In this document: positions 38,923 through 48,853 of the stretch, in pieces
How positions within the stretch are numbered: position 1 is the first letter of the stretch
Layout: each line of letters starts with the position of its first letter
Origin: Candidatus Omnitrophota bacterium
GTDB taxonomy: Bacteria > Omnitrophota > Gorgyraeia > B26-G9
Reading direction: 5' to 3'
Length of the DNA stretch: 64,000 bases
Assembly (NCBI GenBank): GCA_043805415.1
Contig: JAZDHZ010000045.1
Location: forward strand, 26,490-90,489
Position numbers and translations under genes: made by a program
Notes under the pieces: model-generated
Databases searched by the model: none
The model's input: only the letters and a program-made list of their open reading frames with translations
Told to the model about the DNA's origin: nothing

Positions 38923-39609
38923 ATGCGTCAAGTTGCTGTATTTGGATTGGGCAGCTTTGGATCAACTGTTGCCAAAACTCTGACTGAACAGGGAGTGGAA
39001 GTGATAGCGGTTGATTCTGATAAAGAAAAAGTAGAAAATATTAAAGATTATGTTGCCATAGCTGTGGCTTTGAATTCAACGGATGAAAAAGCCCTGCGTT
39101 CTATAGGCATAGAGCAAGTCGACGCTGCGATTGTTTGTATTGGTGAAAATGTGGAAGCAAATCTTTTGACCACAACATTGCTTAAGAAGATGGGGATAAA
39201 AAATATTTACGGCAGATCGGTAAACCCTTTACAGGAAGAAATTCTCAAATCACTAGATATTACTAAAATTCTTAATTTGGAAAAAGAAATGGGCGAATCT
39301 GTGGGTAAAAGTTTAACCAGTCCGAATATTCAGGTATGCATGAAACTTTCCAGCGGGCATACGATGGCAGAAATAAAAATACCGAAAGATTTTTGCGGAC
39401 GCTCACTCAAAGAGCTTAATCTTAGAAAACGCTATGATGTGAACGTTGTCGCGATTAAAAAACAAATCGCCGCGATTGATGAACGCGGGCAAAGAATTTT
39501 AAACGATGAAATGAATGATTTACCTCAGGCTGAAGATATTCTTGAAGAAGGAGATTGCTTGATTGTTGTCGGCAAACAAGAGAGTATTAATCTTCTTTCT
39601 AAACACTAA
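38923..39609 (+). CDS. TrkA/KtrA-type K+ transport regulatory protein (TrkA-N + TrkA-C)
   Basis: VAVFGLGSFGSTVAKTL Rossmann motif and a C-terminal TrkA-C-like domain. Confidence 0.7.
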   Translation: MRQVAVFGLGSFGSTVAKTLTEQGVEVIAVDSDKEKVENIKDYVAIAVALNSTDEKALRSIGIEQVDAAIVCIGENVEANLLTTTLLKKMGIKNIYGRSVNPLQEEILKSLDITKILNLEKEMGESVGKSLTSPNIQVCMKLSSGHTMAEIKIPKDFCGRSLKELNLRKRYDVNVVAIKKQIAAIDERGQRILNDEMNDLPQAEDILEEGDCLIVVGKQESINLLSKH

Positions 39610-39621
39610 AAGGGATTTGTC

Positions 39622-40296
39622 ATGAAAAGGAAACTTAATATTATATTCGGGATTATTATTGCTGTTTTTGCGGAGATTTGGTATTTGGGCACTAACAATA
39701 TGCCTCCTTTTTACAGCGATAGCATTGTGATTCTCTGTGGCATGGGAATTGTTGGCGCGTTGTTTGTTCTGAATCGGTTTATTATTTTTCGTAAAAAAAT
39801 GGATTTAGCGATAGCTCATATTTTAGAAAATAACTTTCGTACTGGTATCTCTATGGATGGAGACGATGAAATATCATTTTTAGCTAAAAGGTTCAATGCT
39901 GCTTTAGACAGAATAAATGAGTATGATCGATTAAGAGAGCAAAGAATTGATTATTTAAACAGGATGATTACGATTTTGAACCGCAATATTCAAAACGGGG
40001 TTATGATTCTGGACATGGTATCTTCAAAAATAAAAATTAATAAAGCGGCGCAGGATATATTTGGCGTCAACCAGGATGAATTGAGCATTGATTCCGTAGT
40101 TAAACTTGAGGCAAATGATCAGTTTAATAAAATGTATCAGGAAATTATTGGACGCAGAGCAAATACTATTGCCGCTGATTTAGAACTATTTCTACCAATT
40201 TTAAAGGCAAAAGCAGCAGTTAGCCTAAAAATGTTTGCAATCAAAGATAAAGAAGAAAAACTAAACTCTATTCTCTGTATTTTTCGGGTAGTATAA
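39622..40296 (+). CDS. membrane protein with two TM helices and a HAMP-like linker; no kinase or output domain
   Basis: TM1/TM2 followed by a HAMP-like segment (LAIAHILENNFRTGISMDGDDEISFLAKRFNAALDRI); 224 aa. Confidence 0.4.
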   Translation: MKRKLNIIFGIIIAVFAEIWYLGTNNMPPFYSDSIVILCGMGIVGALFVLNRFIIFRKKMDLAIAHILENNFRTGISMDGDDEISFLAKRFNAALDRINEYDRLREQRIDYLNRMITILNRNIQNGVMILDMVSSKIKINKAAQDIFGVNQDELSIDSVVKLEANDQFNKMYQEIIGRRANTIAADLELFLPILKAKAAVSLKMFAIKDKEEKLNSILCIFRVV

Positions 40297-40359
40297 ATAT
40301 GTGTTTTAAAATACATATTTCCGAAACATAGTCTTTAAGGCGAAAGATCTTTCAATAAT

Positions 40360-42426
40360 ATGCTCAATCTTAGTTTTAAAAAAATATCAACTATATTATT
40401 ATTTTCACTGTGTGTTATGATTTGTGCTGCTGTGTGTTTCGCGGACACGCAAGATGATTATCTGCAGTATTTATATCGGGGGCGGGTTTTCTTTAACCAG
40501 GGCCTTTATGATCAAGCGCTTTTAGAATATGAAAAAGCAAGTATCCTATTTCCTGATTCAAAACAAGCGCTTTTAAATCAAGCGATTATCTATAAAGATA
40601 TAGCGGATTATCCAAGCGCGATCAATATCTATAAAAAGCTATTAAAAATATCTCCGGATAAAATAATATATAAGAATCTAGGCGAAATCTATTATTTGAA
40701 CTCACAGCCCGACCATGCGATTACTGCTTTTGCTAAATCAATAAAAATGGGCAGTAAAAATAGTTTAATTTATTTTTGGATCGCCAAGGCTTATGAGGAT
40801 AAACAAGATGCGGATAATGCGATTTGGGCGTATGAACAGGCATTAGCGCTTGATCAAGAATTTGCCCTTGCGCATTTTGGCTTGGGCATGATTTATAAAC
40901 AAAAGAATGTCTGGCAAAAAGCGCAGGAAGAGTTTGATAAAGCAAAAGAGCTTGATCCAAGTATTAAGGAAATCAATTCTTATTTAGGGCTAATGTATCT
41001 TGCTCAGGATAATTATGATCAGGCGCTAACTTTATATAAAAAGGCATTGGCTGCTGATCCGGAGAATAAAGACATTCAAAAACAGATTGATATTATTTTA
41101 AAAAAGGCAGGCAAGGATTTAAGCCAAAAGCTTGGAAAAAGACAAGAGGATAGATTGTCAGCGAGTTTAGCTAAAATAGTTAGCGCGAAACAAGTACCTG
41201 CTGCTCCAATTGTCCGGGTAAAGATAGGGGATGTTAAGAGGATACGTTTTAAATCCGCGGTAGATTTTAAAATCAAAACAGCAGCGGCAAGCGAACATGA
41301 GGATTATCAGGGATACAAGGATACACTTTATACAATTGAAAAGGACTCCAATGCGATTGGTGTTTTAAGAGATGATAAAAAGATTACAGAGTTTACACAA
41401 GATATTGTAATAGATAATGCTAATGATAAGGCAACAATCCTTATTTTTGATGTAGAGGCAGGCGCGGGTAATTATTGGGCAAGTAAGACAGATCGGATTT
41501 ATCGCGGTAAAGTGGAAGTTGGTTTAAATGATACAATTTATTTAAGTCTAATAAACATTATAAATATGGAAGACTATCTTTACGGTGTTTTACCTAGTGA
41601 AATGCCTGATGATTGGCCAATGGAAGCGCTTAAAGCACAGGCCATAGCAGCGCGAAGTGAAGCATATCGAAAAATGGGACGGCATAAGGATCAGGGTTTT
41701 GATTTTTGTTCTGAAGTCCATTGTCAATCCTATAGCGGTGCTAAGGTTGAGACAGCGAGGACAAACTCCGCGGTAGATGCGACAATCGGCATGGTAGCAA
41801 CATACAATGGTAGACCAATAGATGCGGTGTATTCTAATAGCTGCGGCGGACATACTCAGGGCAATATATTTGGCGACCGCACGTTTATTGACTACTGGCA
41901 GCCCAAACAGGATTCTTTTGAGCCAACAGGCTTTTATTTTCCAATTTCTCCCTTAGAGCTTGAGGACTGGTTATGGTCTTATCAAATTCCGGTTTTTTGT
42001 AATAATGAAAAATTTTCCCGAAGAAGTAATTTTCGCTGGATGCGGCAATATACTCACAAGCAAGTAGAAGATTTAATTAATAAAAAAATGAATATTGGTA
42101 AATTATTGGAAATTATTATTTTAGAGCGCAATCCCTCTTCACATGTTCATAAAATTAAAATTATTGGTACTAAAGGTGAGTTTATTGTTGAAAAGGAGCT
42201 TAATATTCGTAATTTGCTGGGTAATCTACGCAGCGCTATGTTTAATATCAATGTGAAATTAGACAAAAAAGCTAAGCCAGAAGAGTTTATTTTTTATGGG
42301 GGAGGCTGGGGGCATGGAGTTGGTCTGTGCCAGGTGGGAGCAGCTTCCATGGCAGATCAAGGTGTTAACTATGACCAAATTCTAAAGTTTTATTTTAGCG
42401 GTATTGAAATAGAAAAATTATATTAA
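40360..42426 (+). CDS. TPR-repeat protein fused to a SpoIID/LytB-domain (amidase-enhancer-like) C-terminal domain
   Basis: Signal peptide and multiple TPRs in the N-terminal half. The C-terminal half has SpoIID-like motifs (YLYGVLPSEMP, SNSCGGHTQG). Confidence 0.65.
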   Translation: MLNLSFKKISTILLFSLCVMICAAVCFADTQDDYLQYLYRGRVFFNQGLYDQALLEYEKASILFPDSKQALLNQAIIYKDIADYPSAINIYKKLLKISPDKIIYKNLGEIYYLNSQPDHAITAFAKSIKMGSKNSLIYFWIAKAYEDKQDADNAIWAYEQALALDQEFALAHFGLGMIYKQKNVWQKAQEEFDKAKELDPSIKEINSYLGLMYLAQDNYDQALTLYKKALAADPENKDIQKQIDIILKKAGKDLSQKLGKRQEDRLSASLAKIVSAKQVPAAPIVRVKIGDVKRIRFKSAVDFKIKTAAASEHEDYQGYKDTLYTIEKDSNAIGVLRDDKKITEFTQDIVIDNANDKATILIFDVEAGAGNYWASKTDRIYRGKVEVGLNDTIYLSLINIINMEDYLYGVLPSEMPDDWPMEALKAQAIAARSEAYRKMGRHKDQGFDFCSEVHCQSYSGAKVETARTNSAVDATIGMVATYNGRPIDAVYSNSCGGHTQGNIFGDRTFIDYWQPKQDSFEPTGFYFPISPLELEDWLWSYQIPVFCNNEKFSRRSNFRWMRQYTHKQVEDLINKKMNIGKLLEIIILERNPSSHVHKIKIIGTKGEFIVEKELNIRNLLGNLRSAMFNINVKLDKKAKPEEFIFYGGGWGHGVGLCQVGAASMADQGVNYDQILKFYFSGIEIEKLY

Positions 42427-42479
42427 AAATGCATAAAATGCAGCTATTTGGATTTTGCAGTGATTGTGCTCAGGCAGCA

Positions 42480-42505
42480 AATAAAAATGATAATGCTTGA
42501 TCCTG
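42480..42505 (+). promoter_or_regulatory. Fur-box-like sequence upstream of feoA
   Basis: AAAAATGATAATGCTTGATCCTG contains TGATAAT/TTGATC hexamer repeats resembling GATAATGATAATCATTATC; about 30 nt upstream of feoA. Confidence 0.35.
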
Positions 42506-42532
42506 TGAGGTTGAATATCGCATTAGGAGAAT

Positions 42533-42772
42533 ATGAAAAAAATTAATTTAATTAAAATGAAAAAAGGACAAAAGGGAATAATCGCGCATATTGACGGAGG
42601 CAGCGGTTTAGAAAAACGCCTGGCTGTCATGGGGATAAGCATGGAAAAGACAATTACCAAATTAAGTGCTTTTGTTATGCAAGGGCCTGTGGCGATTAAA
42701 TCCGGCAGAACAGTCATTGCTTTGGGTCATGGGATGGCATCAAGAATATGGATAAACTTAATCGAACAATAA
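42533..42772 (+). CDS. feoA: ferrous iron transport protein A
   Basis: Small SH3-like FeoA (KMKKGQKGIIAHI...GLEKRLAVMGI); overlaps feoB by 25 nt. Confidence 0.75.
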   Translation: MKKINLIKMKKGQKGIIAHIDGGSGLEKRLAVMGISMEKTITKLSAFVMQGPVAIKSGRTVIALGHGMASRIWINLIEQ

Positions 42773-44481
42773 AAAAAGTTGCTTTGATCGGCAATCCGAA
42801 TGTAGGCAAAAGTGTATTGTTTTCCCGGCTTACAGGTGTGCGGGTTATTGTGTCTAATTATCCCGGGACAACAGTGGAATTTCTTGAAGGAAAAATGGCT
42901 GTTGCTAGCGGCTTTGTGGAAGTAATTGATCTTCCTGGTACTTATAGTCTTGAACCATCTGTTCCCGCGGAAGAAGTAGCAATCAAAATGCTTAAAGACG
43001 CAGATATTATTATTAATGTTCTGGACTCGACTAATCTTGAACGTAACTTATATCTGACAATGGAGCTGCTGGAAACAAAACATCCGATGATTATTGCTTT
43101 GAATATGCACGATGAATTAAAACATCATGGAATCAGCATTAACGCGAAAGAATTAGAAAATCTCTTAAAAGTAAAAGTTATTCCAACTAGCGGGGTAACC
43201 GGGCTGGGGATTAGAGAATTAAAACAGTCTTTAGCTGAGGCAAATCCAGGGAATGTGAAACCGCGGACACATCAGCAGCGCTGGGAGCAGATTGGAACAG
43301 TTATTGATAAAGTTCAACATCTGACACACAGACATCATACTTTTTTTGAAATCCTGGAAGATGCTTCAGTCAATCACTGGTGGGGAACGGTTATTGCGCT
43401 GGGAGTTCTTATTACTTGTTTTGAAATTGTCAGGTTTATTGGAGAGGGATTGATAAATCATGTAATGAATCCGATCTTTAAATCAGTTTATGAGCCATGG
43501 CTTATGTCATTAAGTGCCGCGCTTGGCGCTAATGGATTTTTACATAATATCTTAATCGGACGGTTGATTGACGGGCAAATTGATTTTCAGCAATCAATGG
43601 GTATTTTAACCACAGCGCCTTATGTGGAGTTGGTGATGGTTTTGCCGTATGTGCTGTCCTTTTATTTATTGCTCAGTTTTTTAGAAGATAGCGGATATAT
43701 TCCGCGTTTAGCGCTTTTGCTGGATAATATTATGCATAAAATAGGCTTGCATGGATTTGCTATAATCCCGGTTTTGCTCGGCTTTGGCTGCAATGTTCCT
43801 GGGATATTAGCAACCCGGGTATTAGAAAGTAAGCGGGAAAGGTTTATTGCTTCTACTTTGATTTCGATTGGGGTGCCTTGCGCGGCATTACAGGCAATGA
43901 TTATTGGGATTCTCGGCGGATATGGAGGCAAATATGTTGTTTTTGTTTACGGAGTGCTGTTTATTGTCCTGATGTTTATTGGAGCGGCAATGAACTATTT
44001 TTTAAAAGGATATAGCCCTGAGCTGTTTATTGAAATACCGCCATATCGCTTGCCTTCGCTTAAGCTGTTAATAAAGAAAGTGATATTAAGGATCAAAGGT
44101 TTTCTTGTTGAAGCAATGCCGGTTGTTTTAGCCAGTGTGTTTGTGCTTAATTTACTTCAGCAAATGAAGCTGTTTGAGATTATCTCTAAGTTATTTGAAC
44201 CGGTATTAAGTTTTATTTTCGGATTGCCTAAAGAGGCAGTGTGGGTGCTGATTATTGGTTTATTGCGCAAAGATATCGCGGCAGGCATGTTGGTGCCATT
44301 GGGGCTGAGCTTAAAACAATTAATAATTGCCTGCATAGTTCTTTCTATTTCTTTTCCCTGCATTGCTACTTTTGCTATTTTTTTAAAAGAATTAGGACTT
44401 AAACGTTTAATCCAAGCAACAATGATTATGCTCGGGATTACAGTATTAGTTGGTGGTTCTCTTAATCTGATTTTACATTAG
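42748..44481 (+). CDS. feoB: ferrous iron transport protein B
   Basis: N-terminal G-domain (VALIGNPNVGKSVLFSRLTG) followed by a polytopic membrane domain; 577 aa. Confidence 0.85.
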   Translation: MDKLNRTIKKVALIGNPNVGKSVLFSRLTGVRVIVSNYPGTTVEFLEGKMAVASGFVEVIDLPGTYSLEPSVPAEEVAIKMLKDADIIINVLDSTNLERNLYLTMELLETKHPMIIALNMHDELKHHGISINAKELENLLKVKVIPTSGVTGLGIRELKQSLAEANPGNVKPRTHQQRWEQIGTVIDKVQHLTHRHHTFFEILEDASVNHWWGTVIALGVLITCFEIVRFIGEGLINHVMNPIFKSVYEPWLMSLSAALGANGFLHNILIGRLIDGQIDFQQSMGILTTAPYVELVMVLPYVLSFYLLLSFLEDSGYIPRLALLLDNIMHKIGLHGFAIIPVLLGFGCNVPGILATRVLESKRERFIASTLISIGVPCAALQAMIIGILGGYGGKYVVFVYGVLFIVLMFIGAAMNYFLKGYSPELFIEIPPYRLPSLKLLIKKVILRIKGFLVEAMPVVLASVFVLNLLQQMKLFEIISKLFEPVLSFIFGLPKEAVWVLIIGLLRKDIAAGMLVPLGLSLKQLIIACIVLSISFPCIATFAIFLKELGLKRLIQATMIMLGITVLVGGSLNLILH

Positions 44482-44482
44482 G

Positions 44483-45097
44483 ATGGGTATAAAAATGGAG
44501 AAAAAATACTTTACCATGTTTAGTTTGAAAAATGTTATGCTTGTTTTGTTCACTGCATGCGCGCTGTTTAGCATAGTTACTTTGCTTATCTCAAAGGTTT
44601 ATCTGAATTCATACAAGCTTTTGCTGGAAAGAGAGCTGGTCGCGATTGTCGAATGTGATAAAACCCCTAAAGCTAATACACCTATTTTAAATATAGAGTT
44701 TTATGCAAATACTGATAAAGCTAAAAAACAAACATTTGATTTTAATGCTGATGAATGGGTTATTGAAAGTAGAATTATAAAATGGAAACCTCTGCTTGGA
44801 TTGTTTGGTATGCAGCGTTATTATAAACTTGAAAGAATAAGCAGTCGTTATCTTGATATTGAAAAAGAAAGAACTTTGCCGCGTTTAGTTTATGATATTT
44901 CTGAAAAGCCGGATAGGTTCTGGCTTTTTCTTTACAAGTATCAGAAATATTTTCCTTTTATTGAAGCTGTTTACGGAAATAGCGCGTTTATTCAATATGT
45001 GCCAAATGCGAGATATCATGTTTATATGACAGCTACAGGATTAATGATAAAGAATGTAACTTTGCAAAAGACGAAAAACTGGTGGTTTACAGGGTAG
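44483..45097 (+). CDS. membrane-anchored hypothetical protein co-transcribed with feoAB
   Basis: Starts 2 nt after the feoB stop; one N-terminal TM helix; no recognisable family. Confidence 0.4.
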   Translation: MGIKMEKKYFTMFSLKNVMLVLFTACALFSIVTLLISKVYLNSYKLLLERELVAIVECDKTPKANTPILNIEFYANTDKAKKQTFDFNADEWVIESRIIKWKPLLGLFGMQRYYKLERISSRYLDIEKERTLPRLVYDISEKPDRFWLFLYKYQKYFPFIEAVYGNSAFIQYVPNARYHVYMTATGLMIKNVTLQKTKNWWFTG

Positions 45098-45140
45098 TTT
45101 ATTATTTTTACAGTTTTCATTATAATTAGAGAGGTTTTAG

Positions 45141-45458
45141 ATGAAAAAGTCTTTAATCCGAGTTTGGCAGTTATTTGACAGTGAGCAGGTAAAAAAGCAA
45201 TTACTTTTAGCCGGTGAGCTTACGGCAAATTGTGAAAATTGCCAAAATTTGGGCATAGACTTTGTCTTGACAAAGAAATGTCCGCAGTGTCAAACTGAGT
45301 TTAAATATATTGGATTTAGAAATAAAAGTAATAAAGCAGAAGAACTTTCCGCGATCAAACGATTATCTGAAAAAAGACCGGATTTGATAATTATTGATTA
45401 TGAAGATATAAAACGCGCCTGCGGTAAGTCACAGGCGCGTAATTTATTAGATATTTAA
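45141..45458 (+). CDS. hypothetical zinc-ribbon protein (CxxC-x16-CxxC)
   Basis: CENCQN...CPQCQ motif; 105 aa; last gene of the feo-linked + strand run. Confidence 0.4.
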   Translation: MKKSLIRVWQLFDSEQVKKQLLLAGELTANCENCQNLGIDFVLTKKCPQCQTEFKYIGFRNKSNKAEELSAIKRLSEKRPDLIIIDYEDIKRACGKSQARNLLDI

Positions 45459-45460
45459 GT

Positions 45461-45706
45461 TTAAGAAGCTTTAGTAATTTTTCCAGAGCGGATGCAGGAA
45501 GTACATACTTTGGCAGTTTTGCTTGCTCCTTTGACCGCAATCTTGATATTCTGCAGATTAGGCCGAAATACACGCTTTGTAATTCCAGTGGTTTTTCTGC
45601 CAACTCCGCCTTTTTTCTTTGCCATACCTCTTTGGGTAATTGATCGACCTGCTACCGGACCTTTACCGCATATTTCACAAACTCTAGACACTTTAGAATC
45701 CTCCAT
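45461..45706 (-). CDS. rpmB: 50S ribosomal protein L28
   Basis: SRVCEICGKGPVAGRSITQRG...VCTSCIRSGKI is typical L28 with a Zn-ribbon. Confidence 0.85.
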   Translation of the reverse strand: MEDSKVSRVCEICGKGPVAGRSITQRGMAKKKGGVGRKTTGITKRVFRPNLQNIKIAVKGASKTAKVCTSCIRSGKITKAS

Positions 45707-45756
45707 TTTATTTAAATAATCAAAGCTTAAATTTTTTGTTTAAGTAGTAACTTGTA

Positions 45757-45785
45757 AATATAGCATAATGAACCGGGTTTGTCAA
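45757..45785 (-). promoter_or_regulatory. sigma70-like promoter for rpmB (TTGACA, 17 nt spacer, TATATT on the minus strand)
   Basis: Plus-strand TGTCAA at 45780-45785 and AATATA at 45757-45762. Confidence 0.5.
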
Positions 45786-45918
45786 TTTTATTTGAAAACC
45801 AGGTTTTAAGACTGAGTATAAGCATTGTATCTTGGGTAGTATTATTTATAAGTCAAGGGGCTCTTTTAATTTCATTTGAATAGCATTTTGTGCGACACAA
45901 TTTGCGCATAGAATAAAA

Positions 45919-45947
45919 TTGCGAAATCTAAAAAAGTGTGGTATACT
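45919..45947 (+). promoter_or_regulatory. sigma70-like promoter with extended -10 (TTGCGA, 17 nt spacer, TGgTATACT)
   Basis: TG at 45939-45940 immediately upstream of TATACT at 45942-45947; about 50 nt upstream of the GT35-like gene. Confidence 0.5.
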
Positions 45948-45996
45948 TTCTTACCTTTTTAGAATAAGAGCTGGCGATAAAAAATAAGGAGAAGCG

Positions 45997-48723
45997 ATGA
46001 GACGAGCAAGGCTTAAAGTTATCAGCATAAGTATTATACATGTTTTGTTTATTACGTTCTGCTTGCCGAGTGGTAATTGTGAAAACATGCGTGCGGAAAA
46101 TTATACTCAAAGTGCCGCTGCATGCACAAATATGCTTTCCCCTCGACTGTTGATTCAAAACGATATTCTTCTTAAGGGTTTGGGCCAGCAATCTTCAGCG
46201 CTGCTTCTTTTGCCGGAAATAGAAAAGATTACACCCCCCTCAGGGCAGACATGGTTACAACAGCATTTTCCGACCTTTCATGCTCTTTTTAACAAACGTC
46301 CGCTTATGACGGTTTCCATGGAAGGATTTCATGAAAAATATTCCACGCAGGCATTAAATGCAAATTCAAAAGGCGGTTTAGGGGCATTTTTTGGGTGTTT
46401 GATTAGAGGGCTTAAAAAAATTGGAGTCAAGACCATTGCTTTTCAGCCGGATTTTTCAAAACGGAGGCGTCAGACTATCAGATTAAAACACGATTATGTT
46501 GTCGATCATGTCAAATCAGTTTTATCTAATCTGCATTCGCGCAATTTTCAGGACAGTGCGTATCCTGTTACTGAGTTGATCCTGCGGTTGTCTGAGAAAA
46601 ACATGCTTTCAAAGAAAAATTTTGAACAAGCGGTTATGAAAGACCTGGGATTAAAAAATGGGATTTACGCTAATGCTTTAGAACCGGACGGAAAAGAAGC
46701 TGATATTGGCAAAGAAAACATTGCTTATGTGTATACCGCGGCATTGAGTGTGTTGATTGATCATGCTACGCATGGGAATAAGATTGAGGTGGCGGAGAGG
46801 GCTGTGTCCAAGATATACAAAACGATGCATGCTAACGGCGCAATAAACGGGAAAATCGTTAACCATACATTAGTGATATTACAGTCTCTTTCACGGGAAA
46901 AACAGATAACTCTGGAACATTTTCAATTGGCAATAAAAAACGATACTTTTCTTGATGATTTTCTTACCAAAAGCGGGGTGAAATATGAGATTTTGTATTC
47001 CGCGCTGTTAAATTATTTAGCAAGAACAGCGGTAACAAAAGAACAGATAATTGTCGAAGAGCCGGTTTCGTATGATAATGAGCCTGGTGAATATTTTCGG
47101 GATGAAAGGGGAAACGAGTTTGTTGTTACTGTGGGAGGATTAGACGTTAACGATCCGGCAAAAACTCAGTACTATGATGTAAAGTTTAAACGTTATTTTG
47201 ACGGCAATGTTACTCGGATACAAATGGTCTGTCCGGAGTTATACGGCTTATTGTATAAGTCGGACGTGTTTCCCTCAGGGAAGCGTCAGCGTTTTAATGA
47301 ATACATGGTGAGTTCCTGGGCAATGTACGCGTTTCTTAAACATTTTCCTAAGTTTAATCCAGGGATTGTGCATTTCAACGAGTCTCCATTTATTCTGTTG
47401 GCCGCGCTTATGCAAGCTGATTCGCAGTTTAAAACCATTCCCTCAATTTATACAAATCATACTGTTGTCCAGGCAGGTTTGCCGACATATGATGGATCAA
47501 CCGCATCAATGGAGCGCATGTTCGAAATTATGTCCGGCGGTTATATGATTAAGGGTGATAAAGTGTCTTTCTCAATAAAAGGCGACCTTGGAGAAAAAAC
47601 AATTGAAAAAATGCGAGAAACATTCACACATAATGGGCGTATTGATTTATCGAATGCGGCAGTAAATCTGGCAGACGCGCCTAATGGGGTAAGTCCGGAA
47701 CATGCTTTGGTGACAAAGGCGCTTTTCCGTACAGCCAAAAAAATTATTGGTGTACTTAACGGGTCCAGTGATTACTGGAAAAATGAAGCATTGATTTCCT
47801 TGGAAGAACAAAAAGGCAAAGAGAATATTACGGCAGAAGAGTTAGGGAATATCCATCAGACTAATGGAAAAGATCAATTAATCAGGGACATTGAACAACG
47901 TACTGGAGTACTCCTGAATAAGAATAAACAGATTGTTTCCCTGATTCGGCGCATCTCGAATTATAAAAGCCAGTTTCCTATTCTAAAGGACATTGTCAGG
48001 GTTATATGCGCTGATCGCGGTACTAAAGTAAGAACGCGCTGGGGTGATTTGGAAGGATTAGGCCAGCAGGTTATCGTGGGAGGTTTTGCCTATTCTGGAT
48101 CTGAAGAGTCAAAATGGATTGAAGCTTTCTTGGGATGGATGAATGACCCGGATTTAAAGGACCGCTTTGTGTTTGTTCCTGATTCAGATGTGGAATTACT
48201 GAAATTGCAGGCTATTGGCTCTGATATTTGTATTAATTGTCCGTTGCCGTTTGAAGAAGCTTGCGGCACTTCGGATCAGCGTGATGCTGAAAATGGCGGA
48301 CTTAATGTTGTTATCTATGAATCCGGCGGCGGAAAAGAGTACCTTAGTCAGGTTGATAGAAAAAAAAGAACTGGAAGTGGCTGGATGATCGGAGTACCAG
48401 AGCAACCAGGAAAGCCGATGTACGAAAACGCTTGGGCCTTTTATGATCATGCGCCTAAAGCGATTTATGACGCACTCTCAGAAGCAAGTGACATTTATTA
48501 CAATGATCCTCTTCTCTGGCAACAGCTTATGCTTAATGCCTATCGAGCTTCTGAAAAAGTAACCGCTGAAGCCATGGCAATGCGCTATGTTAAAGATACT
48601 TTCGGTTTTGCCGTAGACGCGGCTCAAATACGTACGGCGATGATTATGCTTAAAGACGCGGAATTGGAATCATTTCTAAGTGATAAGAGGATTTCTTTAA
48701 CACCTATTGAACAGTCTATTTAA
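45997..48723 (+). CDS. highly divergent GT35-family (alpha-glucan/glycogen phosphorylase-like) protein
   Basis: GGLGAFFGCL resembles GGLGRLAACFLDS. IYTNHTVVQAGLPTYD resembles the AYTNHT block. EEACGTSDQRDAENGGLN resembles EASGTSNMKFALNG, with Arg at the PLP-Lys position. 908 aa; N-terminal start uncertain. Confidence 0.5.
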   Translation: MRRARLKVISISIIHVLFITFCLPSGNCENMRAENYTQSAAACTNMLSPRLLIQNDILLKGLGQQSSALLLLPEIEKITPPSGQTWLQQHFPTFHALFNKRPLMTVSMEGFHEKYSTQALNANSKGGLGAFFGCLIRGLKKIGVKTIAFQPDFSKRRRQTIRLKHDYVVDHVKSVLSNLHSRNFQDSAYPVTELILRLSEKNMLSKKNFEQAVMKDLGLKNGIYANALEPDGKEADIGKENIAYVYTAALSVLIDHATHGNKIEVAERAVSKIYKTMHANGAINGKIVNHTLVILQSLSREKQITLEHFQLAIKNDTFLDDFLTKSGVKYEILYSALLNYLARTAVTKEQIIVEEPVSYDNEPGEYFRDERGNEFVVTVGGLDVNDPAKTQYYDVKFKRYFDGNVTRIQMVCPELYGLLYKSDVFPSGKRQRFNEYMVSSWAMYAFLKHFPKFNPGIVHFNESPFILLAALMQADSQFKTIPSIYTNHTVVQAGLPTYDGSTASMERMFEIMSGGYMIKGDKVSFSIKGDLGEKTIEKMRETFTHNGRIDLSNAAVNLADAPNGVSPEHALVTKALFRTAKKIIGVLNGSSDYWKNEALISLEEQKGKENITAEELGNIHQTNGKDQLIRDIEQRTGVLLNKNKQIVSLIRRISNYKSQFPILKDIVRVICADRGTKVRTRWGDLEGLGQQVIVGGFAYSGSEESKWIEAFLGWMNDPDLKDRFVFVPDSDVELLKLQAIGSDICINCPLPFEEACGTSDQRDAENGGLNVVIYESGGGKEYLSQVDRKKRTGSGWMIGVPEQPGKPMYENAWAFYDHAPKAIYDALSEASDIYYNDPLLWQQLMLNAYRASEKVTAEAMAMRYVKDTFGFAVDAAQIRTAMIMLKDAELESFLSDKRISLTPIEQSI

Positions 48724-48853
48724 AAGTAATATAAGTTTATAAGTGTGGTGAAATAGCTTATTCTCGTTTCTTTCCTATTATTTATTTAAACCCAATGAAT
48801 ACTACTGCTTTTTAGCAAATAATACAATAATGATTATTATTTAAAAGTAATTA

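Noticed and set aside
40295-40320. AAATATGT/ACATATTT 8-bp inverted repeat after the HAMP-protein gene, as a terminator
   Set aside because: The stem is almost entirely A/T with no following U-tract, so it is thermodynamically weak. It could be an operator for the downstream TPR-SpoIID gene, but there is no supporting evidence.
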